Shown one piece after another: positions 9,797-22,391 of a stretch of DNA of 64,000 nt. Position 1 is the stretch's first letter. Each line of letters starts with the position of its first letter. A program made the position numbers and the translations under genes. Where the stretch lies: contig CAVZSQ010000022.1 in the NCBI GenBank assembly GCA_963777955.1, forward strand, positions 768,001-832,000. Direction: 5' to 3'. The notes under the pieces are model-generated. The model was not told where the DNA came from and did no database searches. It saw only the letters and a program-made list of their open reading frames with translations. This DNA is from Calditrichia bacterium (GTDB lineage Bacteria > Calditrichota > Calditrichia > JAJRVZ01).

Positions 9797-11032
9797 ATGT
9801 CATTCGAATCATTTATTGCCAGGAAATATTTCCGGGCTAAAAGACGAACAGGATTTATCTCGATCATTACCTATGTTTCGATAGCCGGGGTGACCATTGG
9901 CGTGACCGCATTAATCCTGGTGCTATCGGTAATGAACGGATTTGAGGCGGAAGTGCGCTCCAAACTGATCGATGCGGATGCGCATATCCGTTTACGCAAA
10001 TATTTCAGCGAAACCATCACTGAAACGGACAAACTGCTGGAAATGGTCCGCCAGAATCCGCGGGTGATAGGAGCCGCGCCGACGATCTATGAAGAAAGTA
10101 TGATTAAATCCAGCAGTACGCAAAATCCGACGATTGTCAAGGCAATTGATCCGGCCTCCATGGACAAGGTACTGGATCTTAAAAGCAAGATCATTCATGG
10201 CACGCTGGATTTCTCAGAAAAAGAAATTCAGGGACATATGTTACCAGGAATAATTTTAGGCCGTTATCTGGCCGACCGGTTGTTAACACTGAATCCTGAC
10301 GATGTGGTAACAATTTTCACCCTGCCCAAGGAAGGGGGTATCTTCAGTCAACCGCGGGTCATGCAATTCTACGTGGCCGGAATTGTCGAACTGGGCTATT
10401 ACGAATATGATCGGATGTTTTCGTTCATTTCCCTGGAATCGGCACAGAAGTTGTACAATATTCCGGGAGGAATTTCCTGGATTGAAATAAAGATTGATGA
10501 TTATGAAGCAGCTGACCAAGTGGCCAAACAAATTGAAGATAAGTTGGGATATCCGTTTGTAACCCAGACCTGGTTCGAATTAAATAAATCCCTGTTCAGC
10601 TGGATGACTATCGAAAAATGGGCGATGTTCTTCATCCTGAGTTTAATAATTATGGTCGCCGCTTTCAATATCATCAGTTCGCTGATTATGATCGTGATGG
10701 AAAAAACAAAAGAAATCGGTATATTGAAAAGCATGGGGGCGACCTCCAAGAGCATAATGAAAATATTTATGTATGAGGGTATTATTGTCGGGATGATCGG
10801 TGCGGGCCTGGGCAGTTTGCTCGGTTATATAATCGGCTATATCCAGATGACCTACAAAGTTATTTCTTTGCCGGCCGATGTCTATATTATTGATGCTCTG
10901 CCCATGCAGCTGCATCTGCTTGATTTTGTAGGGGTATCATGCATCGGATTGGTTTTATGTTTTCTGGCTTCGGTTTACCCGGCCTATAAAGCCTCGCGTC
11001 TTTATCCGGTGGAGGCAATCAGATATGAATAA
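9797..11032 (+). CDS. lolE: Lipoprotein-releasing ABC transporter permease (LolC/E family)
   Basis: [62 protein letters not shown]. Confidence 0.92.
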   Translation: MSFESFIARKYFRAKRRTGFISIITYVSIAGVTIGVTALILVLSVMNGFEAEVRSKLIDADAHIRLRKYFSETITETDKLLEMVRQNPRVIGAAPTIYEESMIKSSSTQNPTIVKAIDPASMDKVLDLKSKIIHGTLDFSEKEIQGHMLPGIILGRYLADRLLTLNPDDVVTIFTLPKEGGIFSQPRVMQFYVAGIVELGYYEYDRMFSFISLESAQKLYNIPGGISWIEIKIDDYEAADQVAKQIEDKLGYPFVTQTWFELNKSLFSWMTIEKWAMFFILSLIIMVAAFNIISSLIMIVMEKTKEIGILKSMGATSKSIMKIFMYEGIIVGMIGAGLGSLLGYIIGYIQMTYKVISLPADVYIIDALPMQLHLLDFVGVSCIGLVLCFLASVYPAYKASRLYPVEAIRYE

Positions 11033-11711
11033 ATTGTTAATCACCCGGCAACTGAGTAAAACGTATACCAACGGTCCGCAGGAAGTCAAGGTGTTGAAGG
11101 GTATCGATCTGGAAATAAATCAGGGCGAGGTGGCGGTTATCATCGGACCGTCCGGTGTGGGCAAGAGTACCCTGTTGCATTTAGTCGGCGGACTGGATAA
11201 ACCTTCGAGCGGCGACGTACTAATTAATGATCGCGATATTTTTGCCATGAACGAGGAAGAACGGGCTTTATTCCGGAACCGCTCCATCGGTTTTGTTTTT
11301 CAATTTCATCATTTGCTGCCCGAGTTTACAGCCCTGGAGAATGTGATGATACCGGTGATGATGTACCAATCCGATCCTGAATTTGTGGAAAATGAAGCAA
11401 GCCGTATATTAAATGAAGTGGGGCTGGCCGAACGGCTGCATCATAAACCTTCACAGTTGTCGGGGGGTGAACAGCAACGGGTAGCCGTGGCCCGGGCTCT
11501 GGTCAACAAGCCGAGTCTGGTCCTTGCGGATGAACCAACAGGTAATCTGGACAAACAAAATAGCGAGGCGTTATATCGCCTTATTCTGAGCCTGAATACA
11601 AAATTCAGACAAACCTTTCTTATCGTTACCCATAATGAAATGATGGCCAAGCAGGCCAGTAAAGTCATTGAACTGGAAGATGGCCGGATTAAAATGCCTG
11701 CCGGCCGGTAA
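11025..11711 (+). CDS. lolD: Lipoprotein-releasing ABC transporter ATP-binding protein
   Basis: Walker [50 protein letters not shown]. Confidence 0.93.
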   Translation: MNKLLITRQLSKTYTNGPQEVKVLKGIDLEINQGEVAVIIGPSGVGKSTLLHLVGGLDKPSSGDVLINDRDIFAMNEEERALFRNRSIGFVFQFHHLLPEFTALENVMIPVMMYQSDPEFVENEASRILNEVGLAERLHHKPSQLSGGEQQRVAVARALVNKPSLVLADEPTGNLDKQNSEALYRLILSLNTKFRQTFLIVTHNEMMAKQASKVIELEDGRIKMPAGR

Positions 11712-11755
11712 TCTCTGATATTTGTTACCCCTAACCATAAACAGATCATAGTTAT

Positions 11756-13837
11756 ATGCACACGGATATTCAGTACCTGAAAGGGATAGGTCCTAAACGG
11801 TATGAAGCATTGCGCCAGAGCGGAATTCAGAGCGTGGCCGACCTGATTGATTTCATACCCCGCCGGTATCTCGACCGCAGCCAGATTGCGACCCTGGATA
11901 CCCTGCAAGTTGATCAGGAGGTAACCGCCATCGGGAAAATTGAGGCCATGGGAATACGCCGGGCGCGTAAGCGGATTTTTTATTTGATAATTTCCGATGG
12001 CCGCGGGATACTGGAGGCACTGTGGTTTAACTATGCGGAGCAGTATAAAAAACAATTCAAGGTAGGTGAATGGATATCACTGGCAGGGAAAATTTCATAT
12101 TTCCGCGGTTACCAGATGATTCATCCCGCTTTTGAACACCTCGGCGATGAAGATTTTGATAAGTGGCTGGCCAGCGGCAAGATCTTCGCCATCTATCCCG
12201 GTTCGGATATATTGAAAAGCGTTGCGCTTAATTCGAATTTGTTTCGCAAAATATTTACGGAATTATTTCAAAAACACCAGCCGCTGATCGAGGAAAACCT
12301 GCCGGCGGCATTGCTCCTGGCAAATAATTTTCTGCCGCGGCCGGAAACATACTTTCAGTTGCACTTGCCGCAATCGCCACAGTTGCTGCAACAGGCGGTG
12401 GACCGCTACAAATACGAGGAATTCTTTTTCTGGCAGTTGATGTTCGCCTTGCAGAATTATCATACCCGCCAGACTGAGGCAGGCATCAGTTTTGATCAGC
12501 CCAGCCAACGTCTGACCAGATTTTATGAAACTCTGCCCTTTAGCATGACTGCGGCGCAAAAAAAAGTGGTCAGGGAAATCAGACTCGATATGAAGCGGCC
12601 CCATCCGATGAACCGCTTATTACAGGGGGATGTCGGCTCCGGCAAAACCCTGGTGGCCATCATGAGTATGCTGATTGCCATCGATAATGGATATCAAACG
12701 GCTTTAATGGTCCCCACCGAGATACTGGCTGAACAGCATTTTTTGAATTTTTTAAAAATGTTAAACGGCCTGGATGTACAGGTGATGATGTTGACCGGGA
12801 GTACCTCCCGGGAAAAGCGCGAGCAGCTGCGCCAGGTTTTGAACAATAACCAGCCGGTCATGGTCATCGGTACTCACGCGCTGATTCAGGAAGATCTGGA
12901 TTTTTCCAGATTAGGTTTGATCATTATCGATGAGCAGCATCGTTTTGGAGTACTGCAACGTGGTTCTCTTGTGGAGAAAGGACTTGGTCATGCCGACGTA
13001 CTGGTAATGACCGCTACACCCATCCCCCGCACTCTGGCCCTGACTATTTACGGTAATCTTGATGTATCTATTCTGGATGAGATGCCGCCTGACCGCAAAA
13101 CAATCTCTACGGTATGGCGCTTCGACGATAAAGCAGAAACCGTTTATGATTTTATTAAACAGCGCCTGGAAAAAAATGAACAGGCTTTCATCGTATTCCC
13201 GCTGCTGCAGGAATCTGAAAAACTGGATCTGAAAGCCGCCACTGAAAGTTATGAAAAGTTCAGGCGTGATACTTTTATCAAATGGCCGCTAGCACTCATC
13301 CACGGCCGTTTAAAAACCGATCAGAAAGAAAAAATCATGCAGGATTTCAGGTCAGGCCGAATTAAAATTCTGGTCTCGACAACGGTTATTGAAGTCGGGG
13401 TAGACGTACCGCAGGCAACCATAATGTTGATCGAACACGCCGAACGGTTTGGGCTGTCCCAATTGCATCAATTGCGGGGCCGGGTGGGGCGCAGTAATCT
13501 TAAATCATATTGTATCCTGAAAACTCCGCATAATATCGGTGAAACAGCCAAACAACGCATGCGTATTATGACCGAAACTACGGATGGTTTTAAAATTGCA
13601 GAAGAAGATCTTAAATTGCGGGGCTGGGGAGATTTTTTCGGAACCAGGCAGCACGGAATTCCGGAATTTAAACTGGCCAATCCGCTGCTCGATCTTAAAA
13701 TCCTGCAAAAGGCCCGGCAGGATGCTCAGGCACTGGTAAAACTTGACCCGCAACTGCGCAGTCCCGAGCACCTGATCCTGCAAACCTGTTTACGAAAAAA
13801 ATTCAGCGAGCGCTTCCGCTTAATTAAATTCAGTTAG
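11756..13837 (+). CDS. recG: ATP-dependent DNA helicase RecG
   Basis: [63 protein letters not shown]. Confidence 0.98.
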   Translation: MHTDIQYLKGIGPKRYEALRQSGIQSVADLIDFIPRRYLDRSQIATLDTLQVDQEVTAIGKIEAMGIRRARKRIFYLIISDGRGILEALWFNYAEQYKKQFKVGEWISLAGKISYFRGYQMIHPAFEHLGDEDFDKWLASGKIFAIYPGSDILKSVALNSNLFRKIFTELFQKHQPLIEENLPAALLLANNFLPRPETYFQLHLPQSPQLLQQAVDRYKYEEFFFWQLMFALQNYHTRQTEAGISFDQPSQRLTRFYETLPFSMTAAQKKVVREIRLDMKRPHPMNRLLQGDVGSGKTLVAIMSMLIAIDNGYQTALMVPTEILAEQHFLNFLKMLNGLDVQVMMLTGSTSREKREQLRQVLNNNQPVMVIGTHALIQEDLDFSRLGLIIIDEQHRFGVLQRGSLVEKGLGHADVLVMTATPIPRTLALTIYGNLDVSILDEMPPDRKTISTVWRFDDKAETVYDFIKQRLEKNEQAFIVFPLLQESEKLDLKAATESYEKFRRDTFIKWPLALIHGRLKTDQKEKIMQDFRSGRIKILVSTTVIEVGVDVPQATIMLIEHAERFGLSQLHQLRGRVGRSNLKSYCILKTPHNIGETAKQRMRIMTETTDGFKIAEEDLKLRGWGDFFGTRQHGIPEFKLANPLLDLKILQKARQDAQALVKLDPQLRSPEHLILQTCLRKKFSERFRLIKFS

Positions 13838-13903
13838 ATCTAAAGGCTGATTTTATTTAAAAACAAACTGAAAAATGCTTAAATTACTTTACTTTATACT
13901 TAA

Positions 13904-14989
13904 ATGCTGGATATGCCGGATATTATTTATCAACAAATGCTAAGTCAGAATCTGCCCCTGGTGAGTATCCTGGTGTTGAATTATAACGGCCTGCGGTTCC
14001 TGCCGGATTGTTTTAATTCACTGCTGGGCAGTCATTATCCCAATTACGAGATTTATCTGGTTGATAATAATTCCACGGATAACAGCGTGGAGTATACGCA
14101 GAAGAATTATCCGGTCGTAAAAATTCTGCAAACCAATAAGAATGCGGGTTATAGCCGGGCTTATAATCTGGCCATGGCCGCAGCCGGGGGTAAATACTTT
14201 GTCTTGCTGAATAACGATGTTATCGTCGATCCCGGTTGGCTGATACCGCTGGTTCGTGCCGCAGAAAAAGACCTGACGGTCGCCGCCGTGCAGCCTAAAA
14301 TTTTATCCATGATCGACCGGAAATATTTTGAGTATGCCGGAGCAAGCGGTGGATATATTGATAAATATGGTTATCCTTTTCTGCGCGGACGTATCTTTTA
14401 TACCATTGAACCGGACGAACAACAATACAATTCGACCGCTGCTGTCTTCTGGACCAGCGGCGCAGCTATGTTCGTACGTGCGGAAGTACTCAAATCGTGC
14501 GGAAATCTGGATGAAGACTTCGTCCATCATATGGAGGAAATTGACTGGTGCTGGCGAATGCATCTGTGTGGTCATAAATTACAGGTAATTCCCGAGTCGG
14601 TCATCTATCACTATGCCGGGGCAACTATCAGGGAAGGGAGTTATAAGAAACTGTACTGGAATCATCGTAATAATATTTTTATGCTGGTCAAGAATCTCGA
14701 AACCTTAAATCTGGTCAAGATCCTGATCCGCAGAATCCTTCTGGACGGAATAAATATTTTTTATTCCGTCCTGATCCGTTTCGATTTTAAGCATGCCGGT
14801 GCCATTGGGGCGGCTTATCTGTGGCTGCTGGCACATGTAAGTCTGCTCGGCCGTAAACGCCGGCAGGTTCAATCGCTGCGTAGTTGCCGGGATAGAGAAA
14901 TAACGCATTTGATTTATCCCAAAAGCATTATTATGGATTATTTTGTCAAAGGTAACAAGACGTTTGCCAGTCTTGGCTTCCGGGTTTAA
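13904..14989 (+). CDS. Glycosyltransferase family 2
   Basis: VSILVLNYNG, VDNNSTDNS, LLNND, FEYAGASGG, HMEEIDWCWR. Confidence 0.92.
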   Translation: MLDMPDIIYQQMLSQNLPLVSILVLNYNGLRFLPDCFNSLLGSHYPNYEIYLVDNNSTDNSVEYTQKNYPVVKILQTNKNAGYSRAYNLAMAAAGGKYFVLLNNDVIVDPGWLIPLVRAAEKDLTVAAVQPKILSMIDRKYFEYAGASGGYIDKYGYPFLRGRIFYTIEPDEQQYNSTAAVFWTSGAAMFVRAEVLKSCGNLDEDFVHHMEEIDWCWRMHLCGHKLQVIPESVIYHYAGATIREGSYKKLYWNHRNNIFMLVKNLETLNLVKILIRRILLDGINIFYSVLIRFDFKHAGAIGAAYLWLLAHVSLLGRKRRQVQSLRSCRDREITHLIYPKSIIMDYFVKGNKTFASLGFRV

Positions 14990-15114
14990 AGCGTCGGCTG
15001 CTTTTTTAATGGGATTTTAATTCGTATTTTTAAAACTTAAACAGCAATGCAGAGTATAAAAAATACAGGCAGGTCAAGGGCAGCATATAATCAGAGAAAA
15101 TTCAGGATAGTTCT

Positions 15115-15720
15115 ATGCAAATGAAAATTGAATCGGTACATCTGGGAGCCGTGGTGGTAATTGCCCAGGAATATTTCAAGGATGACCGCGGCTTTTTTAT
15201 CGAAGAATTCCGTGCGGATCAGTTTGGAGCGCTCGGTTTGCCGCAGCAGTTCCAGCAGGAGAATCATTCCGGTTCGGTTAAAAACGTGGTGCGGGGATTA
15301 CATTTTCAGTGGCAGCCAGCGATGGGAAAACTGATGCGGGTTTTGCGCGGCCGGGCATTTCTGGTGGCCGTGGACATACGCCGTAACTCGCCGACTCTGG
15401 GCAAATGGTTCGGTCAGGAAGTGTCTGCCGAAGAACGCAAACAGATCTGGGCACCGGCCGGATTCGCCAGGGGGTTTTGTGTATTATCGGATTATGCGGA
15501 GATTCAATATTTGTGTACGGGGATTTATAATCCTGCGGGAGAATCTGGTATACGCTGGGACGATCCGCAAATAGGTATCAAGTGGCCGGTTGAGAATCCG
15601 GTTTTGTCCGGGAAAGACCTGTCGGCCCAAACTCTGGCGGAATGGTTGAAATCAGATTTGTCTAAGAACTTTACATACAATCAGGCTGAAGATTACCATG
15701 TTCGCAGTGAGGTGAAGTAA
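15115..15720 (+). CDS. rfbC: dTDP-4-dehydrorhamnose 3,5-epimerase
   Basis: DDRGFF, RGLHFQ, VDIRRNSPT.GKW, GIRWDDP cupin motifs. Confidence 0.93.
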   Translation: MQMKIESVHLGAVVVIAQEYFKDDRGFFIEEFRADQFGALGLPQQFQQENHSGSVKNVVRGLHFQWQPAMGKLMRVLRGRAFLVAVDIRRNSPTLGKWFGQEVSAEERKQIWAPAGFARGFCVLSDYAEIQYLCTGIYNPAGESGIRWDDPQIGIKWPVENPVLSGKDLSAQTLAEWLKSDLSKNFTYNQAEDYHVRSEVK

Positions 15721-16679
15721 TGAAAATTTTAGTAGCCGGCGGCGCCGGGTATATAGGTTCTAAACTTGTTCCGCAACTGATTGAGCGGGGCTATGAAATC
15801 GATGTGCTGGATTTGTTCTGGTTTGGAGATTATCTGCCCGATAAAGTGCAGCGAATCAAGAAGGGAATATTTGATTTTAAAGCAGATGAGATTAAAAAAT
15901 ACCAACAAGTCATTTTCCTGGCCGGACTCTCCAACGATCCCATGGCTGAATATTCACCCGGATTGAATTTTATTCATAATGCAGCGGCCCCGGCTTACCT
16001 GGGTTATATCGCCAAGAATGCCGGTGTAAGCCGGTTCATTTATGCCGGCTCATGTTCGGTCTATGGTTACACGGAGAATGAACTCTACGACGAAAATTCA
16101 CCGGCAATATCGAATTATCCGTACGGCATCTCTAAATTACAGGGTGAACGGGCCGTACTGCAAATGATCGATAAAAATTTCTCGGTTATCTGCTTGCGCC
16201 AGGGCACGGTCAGCGGCTATAGTCCCAGAATGCGCCTGGATTTGATCGTCAATACCATGTTCCGCTGCGCTTTGCTGGATGAGGTGATCACGGTGAATAA
16301 TCCGGCTATCTGGCGGCCGGTATTGAGTATAAAGGATGCCGTGACGGCTTATACACGGGCGATAGAATCCGATCTTTCGATCTCCGGTATTTTTAATATC
16401 ACTTCCGGCAATTATACGGTCGGAGAAGTCGCCGATCTGGTTAAGAATTGTCTGAAAAATAATATGCAACGGAAGGTAAGTCTTAAAATTCTGCACCGGC
16501 AGGACTACCGAAATTACAAGGTCAGTATCGAAAAAGCACAAAACATACTCAGTTTTAAACCGCGTTATGATATCAATGAAATCGTGCTGGATCTGATCGA
16601 GAATTACGATAAATTCAAAGATCTGAAAAATCCACGGTACTATAACATTGAAATGTTTAAATCATTGAAATTGGATTGA
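15720..16679 (+). CDS. NAD-dependent epimerase/dehydratase (extended SDR)
   Basis: GGAGYIGS, LAGLSNDP, SCSVYG, YGISK, SPRMRLDL. Confidence 0.9.
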   Translation: MKILVAGGAGYIGSKLVPQLIERGYEIDVLDLFWFGDYLPDKVQRIKKGIFDFKADEIKKYQQVIFLAGLSNDPMAEYSPGLNFIHNAAAPAYLGYIAKNAGVSRFIYAGSCSVYGYTENELYDENSPAISNYPYGISKLQGERAVLQMIDKNFSVICLRQGTVSGYSPRMRLDLIVNTMFRCALLDEVITVNNPAIWRPVLSIKDAVTAYTRAIESDLSISGIFNITSGNYTVGEVADLVKNCLKNNMQRKVSLKILHRQDYRNYKVSIEKAQNILSFKPRYDINEIVLDLIENYDKFKDLKNPRYYNIEMFKSLKLD

Positions 16680-16686
16680 AATTCAG

Positions 16687-17544
16687 GTGAGGATTGTTAT
16701 AATCGGTTCGAATGGCCAGCTGGGCTCCGAACTTACCGCTTTACTGGGACAGAAATATAAACTCGTTCCGCTTACTCATCAGCAAATCGAGATCGAAAAA
16801 CTGGATGCGGCCAGGAAACTTTTAGCCGAACTGAATCCCGATATTATCATCAATACTGCTGCTTATCATCACGTCCTTAAATGCGAGCAGAATCCGGAAT
16901 TAGCATTTGCTGTCAATGCGCTGGGATCCTGGAACCTGGCCCGGATTGCTGCCGAACTGAATTGTAAACTGGTTCATTTCAGCACCGATTACGTGTTCGA
17001 TGGTTTAAAAAAATCACCCTATATTGAAGATGATAAACCCAATCCCTTAAATGTATATGCGGTAAGCAAATTGGCCGGTGAACACTTTATTCAAAATTAT
17101 TGTAAAAACTACTTTATCTTACGGATTTCCGGGATTTATGGAAAAGTCCCCTGCCGGGCCAAGGGGGGTAATTTTATTATGACCATGATCAAGGCCGCTG
17201 CCGAGCGGGAGGTAGTGAAAGTGGTGGCTGACGAGATATTAACCCCTACTCCGGTCGAACAGATTGCCGGCCATACTGAGGCCTTAATTGGGACCGATGC
17301 TTACGGATTATATCACCTGACCTGCCAGGGGCAATGTTCCTGGTATGAATTTGCCGCTGAAATATTCAGGATTTTGAAGATAAAAACACCCCTGCAAGCC
17401 TGTCAAAATTCAGAATTTCCTGCCGGGGTACAACGGCCATTATACAGTGTTCTGGAAAATAAAAATTTACAAGCGCTGCAGCTGGATCACTTCACGGAGT
17501 GGCCGCAGGCCTTGCAACATTTTTTGATCCGGCAGTATCTGTAA
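16687..17544 (+). CDS. rfbD: dTDP-4-dehydrorhamnose reductase
   Basis: GSNGQLG, STDYVFDG, PLNVYAVSKLAGE, RPLYSVL. Confidence 0.92.
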   Translation: MRIVIIGSNGQLGSELTALLGQKYKLVPLTHQQIEIEKLDAARKLLAELNPDIIINTAAYHHVLKCEQNPELAFAVNALGSWNLARIAAELNCKLVHFSTDYVFDGLKKSPYIEDDKPNPLNVYAVSKLAGEHFIQNYCKNYFILRISGIYGKVPCRAKGGNFIMTMIKAAAEREVVKVVADEILTPTPVEQIAGHTEALIGTDAYGLYHLTCQGQCSWYEFAAEIFRILKIKTPLQACQNSEFPAGVQRPLYSVLENKNLQALQLDHFTEWPQALQHFLIRQYL

Positions 17545-17626
17545 AATCGGGATTCAGCTTAACCTTGATTAAATATAAAGTATGTGATAACTTAAAGTTT
17601 TCAGTCGATAAAATAAGGATGATAAC

Positions 17627-20281
17627 ATGGAAATGAAAAAAGTGCATATGATTTTTGCGGTCGTGATCTTTTTTATTGCTTTTGTAGTTTATGCTATGAC
17701 CGTGGCTCCGACCGTTTCCTTCTGGGATTGTGGCGAGTTTATTGCCTGCAGTTATGGCCTGATGGTGCCTCATCCTCCCGGTGCGCCGTTCTATCTGCTG
17801 GTCGGGCGGCTATTCTCCATGTTACCGATTTCCGATGATATCGCTATGCGCGTTAATTTTATTTCGGTTCTCTCCAGCGCCCTGACGATCCTGTTGCTTT
17901 ATCTGAGTATAGTTCACCTGGTACGGGAGTGGAAGGGGGTGTTGCGGGCAAAATCGGATTGGTACATGGCCATGTTTTCCGGGGCACTCGGTGCACTTAC
18001 CTTTGCCTTTACGCACAGTTTTTGGTTTAATGCCGTGGAAGCAGAAGTGTATGCTATTTCCATGCTGTTTACCTCGTTACTGGTCTGGCTGGTACTGGTC
18101 TGGTCCGAGAAACATGAGCAACCGGGCAGCGAACGGTACCTGCTGCTGATTGCCTACCTGATCGGACTGGCCATTTCTGTACACTTGTTGAATGTGCTGG
18201 CTATTCCGTTTGTGACCATGATTTACTACTGCAAAAAATATGAATTCAATATTAAGACATTATTTATCAACGTCGTAATAACCGTGGTTATGATTTTACT
18301 GGTTTACCCGGGTATCGTAAAATATCTGCCCCGGGTGGCCAGATACGGTGATTTTTTCCTGCTGGTGCTGGTACTGGCGGGGGTAATTATTATTTCCATC
18401 TGGTCTATTTATAATAATAAAAAACTGGCCAGCCTGATCTCTATCTCATTCCTGTTGATTTTGATCGGATACAGTTCGTATGCCATGATCTATATCCGTT
18501 CCAATCTGGATCCTGCTATCGATGAAAATGATCCGGAAACGGTGGAGAGATTTATCTATTATATAGAACGTGAACAATACGGCGACCAGAGTATCACCGA
18601 CCGGACCAAAGCCTGGCAGGAATCACCCAATGCGAAAAACTATAAAAGTACGGGTGAGTATTTCTGGAGATATCAGGTAAACAAAATGTATGTTCGTTAC
18701 TTCTTATGGCAATATGTGGGCCTGGATAAAAATGAAACAGATGTAGATCCCACGCAACTGTATGCCATTCCCCTGGCGCTGGGACTGATCGGGATGTTCT
18801 GGCAATTCTATCGCGATCCCAAACGGGGTTTGGCTGTGCTGGCCCTGTTTTTCATGACCGGCCTGGCGATTGTGCTGTATCTCAATCAACCCGATCCGCA
18901 GCCGCGGGAAAGGGACTATAGTTATGTAGGCTCTTTCTTCGCTTTTGCCATCTGGATCGGATTGGGGTGTTCCGGTCTGATAGAACTGGTGCGCTATATA
19001 CTGTACGGGGACGGCAAAAATCAGCAGGAGCATGACTCGTCCCTCGCGCTACCGCTGGTTGTTTTTATTATAACCCTGCTTGCGCCGGTTGTGCTGTTGG
19101 CTAAAAATTTTGATTCGCACAACCGTAAGGGGCAGTACATTGCCTGGGATTATTCCTATAATATGCTGCAATCCTGTGAACCCAACGGCATCCTGATTAC
19201 CAATGGCGATAATGATACTTTTCCGCTGTGGTATTTACAGGAAGTCGACAGTGTACGCAGAGACGTCCGGATTGTCAATTTAAGTTTGCTCAATACGGAT
19301 TGGTATATCAAGCAGATGCAGGATTTTGAACCCAGGGTTCCCATGAATCTCAGCGAGGCCGAGATTGATCAACTGGGTCTGCTTAAATGGGAAAACCGGA
19401 AATTAACGGTTGATGTACCGGAAGACTACGGCCGGCGGGAAATGCGGGAATTCCAGGATTATTCAAAACGGATGGATCTGACAGCGCCGGGCAGCATATC
19501 ATTTGAGGTCAGGCCGACTCTGAATACACCATATGGACCTGCTCTGCGGGTTCAGGATTACATGATCCTGCGGATTATGAATGCCAATAAATGGCGTAAA
19601 CCTATTTATTTTGCCGTTACCGTAGCCAGAAATAATATGCTTTCCGAATTACAGGACTATATGCGCATGGATGGACTGGCCCTTAAAGTCGTACCCTATA
19701 AGAATTGGGAAATTTCACCGGAAGAGATGGAACGAAATCTGATTGATGTTTTTAAGTACCGGGGTTTGCAGGATCCCAGGGTTTATTATGACAATAATAT
19801 CATCGGATTATTGCAAAATTACCGTACCGCTTTCCTGCAGGTAGCTGAATACCATATACAGGATAATAACCTGGAAAAGGTAAAATATCTGTTGAATAAC
19901 ATGGAAGAAAAAATTCCCAGTAAGGTCATACCCTGGACTAATCAATATCTGAAAATGATCCGCGATTCTTACCGTTTTATCGCCGAACAGATGCCGGTGG
20001 ACAGCCTGTTGAACCAGAATTATAATGAACAGGAATTGATGATCATGGGACAAAATCTTTTCCGTATAAATAATTTTAGCGCCGCTGAAAAGGTATTCGA
20101 TTTGATCTATCAGACCAATCCAAGTAATGTGCATGCTCTCAGTTTATTGGTGGTTACTCTGGAGAAATTACAGAACTATCAAAAGGGGGTTGCGATACTT
20201 GAAGATTGGTTGAAAAGGACACCCACCGATACCCAGGCCAGGTAAAAATTGGAAAATTTTAAGAGCAAACTTAAATCCTGA
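17627..20281 (+). CDS. DUF2723 / TMEM260-like (GT-C) polytopic glycosyltransferase with C-terminal TPR; in-frame TAA at 20243-20245 is probably an error 12 codons before the end
   Basis: APTVSFWDCGEFIA...VPHPPGAPFY, FWFNAVEAEVYA, QPRERDYSYVGSF, NGDNDTFPLWYLQEV, VNLSLLNTDWYI; reading continues KLENFKSKLKS after the TAA. Confidence 0.88.
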
Positions 20282-20287
20282 CGGCCG

Positions 20288-21274
20288 ATGATTAAATTAA
20301 AAACTTTCCTGAAGGTATTATTATCCGTTCTGCTGCTGGGCTATCTGGTTTACAAGGCCGAACCGATGAAAATTGTAGAGGTGCTGGGTCAGGTCTGGTA
20401 TAATGACCGGATGGTCTACCTCCTCCTGGCCATCGGCATTTACCTGCTGGCTACAATTATATATACCTGGCGCTGGCAGATTCTGGTCAAAGCGTGTGGT
20501 CTGCAGGTCGTGACCTGGCTGGACCTGTTCAGATTCTATCTGATCGGATTGTTTTTTAATAATTTCCTTCCTACCAGTATCGGCGGGGATGTTTTCCGGA
20601 TATATCATCTGATCGAAAAAAGCGGCGACCGGACCGCAGGCTTTACCTCGGTACTGACCGAACGGCTGCTGGGTATCGCCAGCACACTGATTCTTACTCT
20701 GATATCACTGTTTCTGCTGAGCAGCCAGTTGAATGACAACCGCTTAATTTATATAGCCGCTGGGCTGTTAGTTGTAATTATAACATTCTTTATCTTAGTA
20801 TTTAATGATCACTTTCTCCAAATGGCTGAACAACTGGTCAAACCCCTCAAAGTACTCCGTCTGGGGGAGCGGATCATGAAATTCTTCGAAGCTATCCGGT
20901 TTTATTATAATTCCAGAGGCATCTACCTGAAGATCCTGGGTATTTCCATATTAGGCCAGCTTTTAGTTATCATCATGACTTATATACTTTCTCTGGCCAT
21001 CGGGCTGCAGATCCCGCTGGATTATCTGTTCCTGGTTGTTCCAATTTCATTTTTGGTAACTATGCTGCCTTCCATCAATGGTATCGGTTTCCGGGAAGGC
21101 GCATTTGTTGTCCTGCTGGGCAGGATTGCCATCAGTAATGCTGAAGCGATATCTCTTTCCTTTCTCTCCGTACTTGTACCGATGATCGTATCCATGAGCG
21201 GAGGTATACTATTTATATTAAACAAACAGGTACCTAAAAAGAATGAATTGGAATTTGTAAGAGAAAATATTTAA
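20288..21274 (+). CDS. Lysylphosphatidylglycerol-synthase TM-domain / UPF0104 flippase-like membrane protein
   Basis: RWQIL, IGLFFNNFLPTSIGGDVFR, LPSINGIGFREGAF; multiple TM helices. Confidence 0.85.
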   Translation: MIKLKTFLKVLLSVLLLGYLVYKAEPMKIVEVLGQVWYNDRMVYLLLAIGIYLLATIIYTWRWQILVKACGLQVVTWLDLFRFYLIGLFFNNFLPTSIGGDVFRIYHLIEKSGDRTAGFTSVLTERLLGIASTLILTLISLFLLSSQLNDNRLIYIAAGLLVVIITFFILVFNDHFLQMAEQLVKPLKVLRLGERIMKFFEAIRFYYNSRGIYLKILGISILGQLLVIIMTYILSLAIGLQIPLDYLFLVVPISFLVTMLPSINGIGFREGAFVVLLGRIAISNAEAISLSFLSVLVPMIVSMSGGILFILNKQVPKKNELEFVRENI

Positions 21275-21359
21275 CCGTCCGGAGAACTCCCGATTTACCA
21301 GGGTGAAACGATCTGAGCAGCACGGCAATCCCTGTAAATAACCTTCTGCTGAAGATCCG

Positions 21360-21855
21360 ATGAATCAGTTTTTTGAAGCGACATTTTTATTATCGGTTAT
21401 ATTTATCGGTCTGATTGTCTATTATACAATTAAGAACAGGCGCTCGCGGTTAAAAAAACACCAGGCCGGAGAGTCTGCTGTTTGCAAAAATTTATGAAGA
21501 TGAGAAAGTATATATACGCAACAGATTAAAAGCCCTGCTGGCCGGTTTGCAGGAAGGTAAAATTCGCTGGCTGCTGATCTATTCCAGGTTATTTCCCGAG
21601 GATCAGATCCAGATCACATATTCGCGGCTGGACCAGGAGGTAAATTTAGTACAGCGCAGTCGATCTTTAAGCGATAACGAAAGGGAATATCTTCGGCATT
21701 TAGGCGTAAATAAATATTGCACTCAAACCGATAAAATCATACTTTCGACTGAGCTTAATTCGAAAATTATAACCGATCTGATTTACTTTTTGTTCGAAAA
21801 TATATGTAAGCAACACAAAACGCATAATATTAAGATAAATATTTCAGGAGAATAG
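21360..21855 (+). CDS. Hypothetical protein with N-terminal TM helix (frameshift in the A-run near 21452-21458)
   Basis: MNQFFEATFLLSVIFIGLIVYYTIKNRRSRLK joins the 21547 ORF frame (TRPESLLFAKIYED...) if one A is removed. Confidence 0.5.
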
Positions 21856-21860
21856 ATCAT

Positions 21861-22319
21861 ATGCCAGAGATTGCCGTACTTTTAGGAAGTGAATCGGATA
21901 GTAAATACTGGGAAGAATCAAAAAAATATCTGGAATATTTTTCATTATCTGCCGATTTGCTTTTTCTTTCGGCCCATCGCACACCGGATAAGGTTGCCGC
22001 TTTTGCCGCCACGGCCCGGCAGAAGGGTTATAAAGTCATTATAGCCGGAGCAGGTATGGCCGCCCATCTGGCCGGCATAGTGGCCGCACATACTGATTTA
22101 CCCGTGCTGGGAGTTCCCCTGCCCGGCGGAGTGCTGGATGGTCTGGATGCGTTATTATCGACGGTTCAAATGCCCGGCGGGGTACCTGTGGCCACCTTTG
22201 CGGTCGGGACGGCAGGGATGCGAAATGCTTGTATTTTTGCCGTACAGTTGTTATCATTAAACAGACCGGAACTGGTGGATAAATTGCAAACTTTCAGAAA
22301 ACAAGGTTCGAAGTTATAG
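21861..22319 (+). CDS. purE: N5-carboxyaminoimidazole ribonucleotide mutase
   Basis: GSESD, SAHRTP, IAGAGMAAHLAG, GLDALLSTVQMPGGVPVAT. Confidence 0.97.
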   Translation: MPEIAVLLGSESDSKYWEESKKYLEYFSLSADLLFLSAHRTPDKVAAFAATARQKGYKVIIAGAGMAAHLAGIVAAHTDLPVLGVPLPGGVLDGLDALLSTVQMPGGVPVATFAVGTAGMRNACIFAVQLLSLNRPELVDKLQTFRKQGSKL

Positions 22320-22391
22320 TAAATTTTTGCAGTCCTCTGGCCGGGATTTCTTCACTCTCCTGGCCGCGAGGAAGACTAAACAGAGTTTATC

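Noticed and set aside
20243..20245. Stop-codon reassignment or readthrough in the DUF2723 gene
   Set aside because: Isolated TAA; TAA, TAG and TGA all terminate other genes normally here, so a base-call error or a minor truncation is more likely
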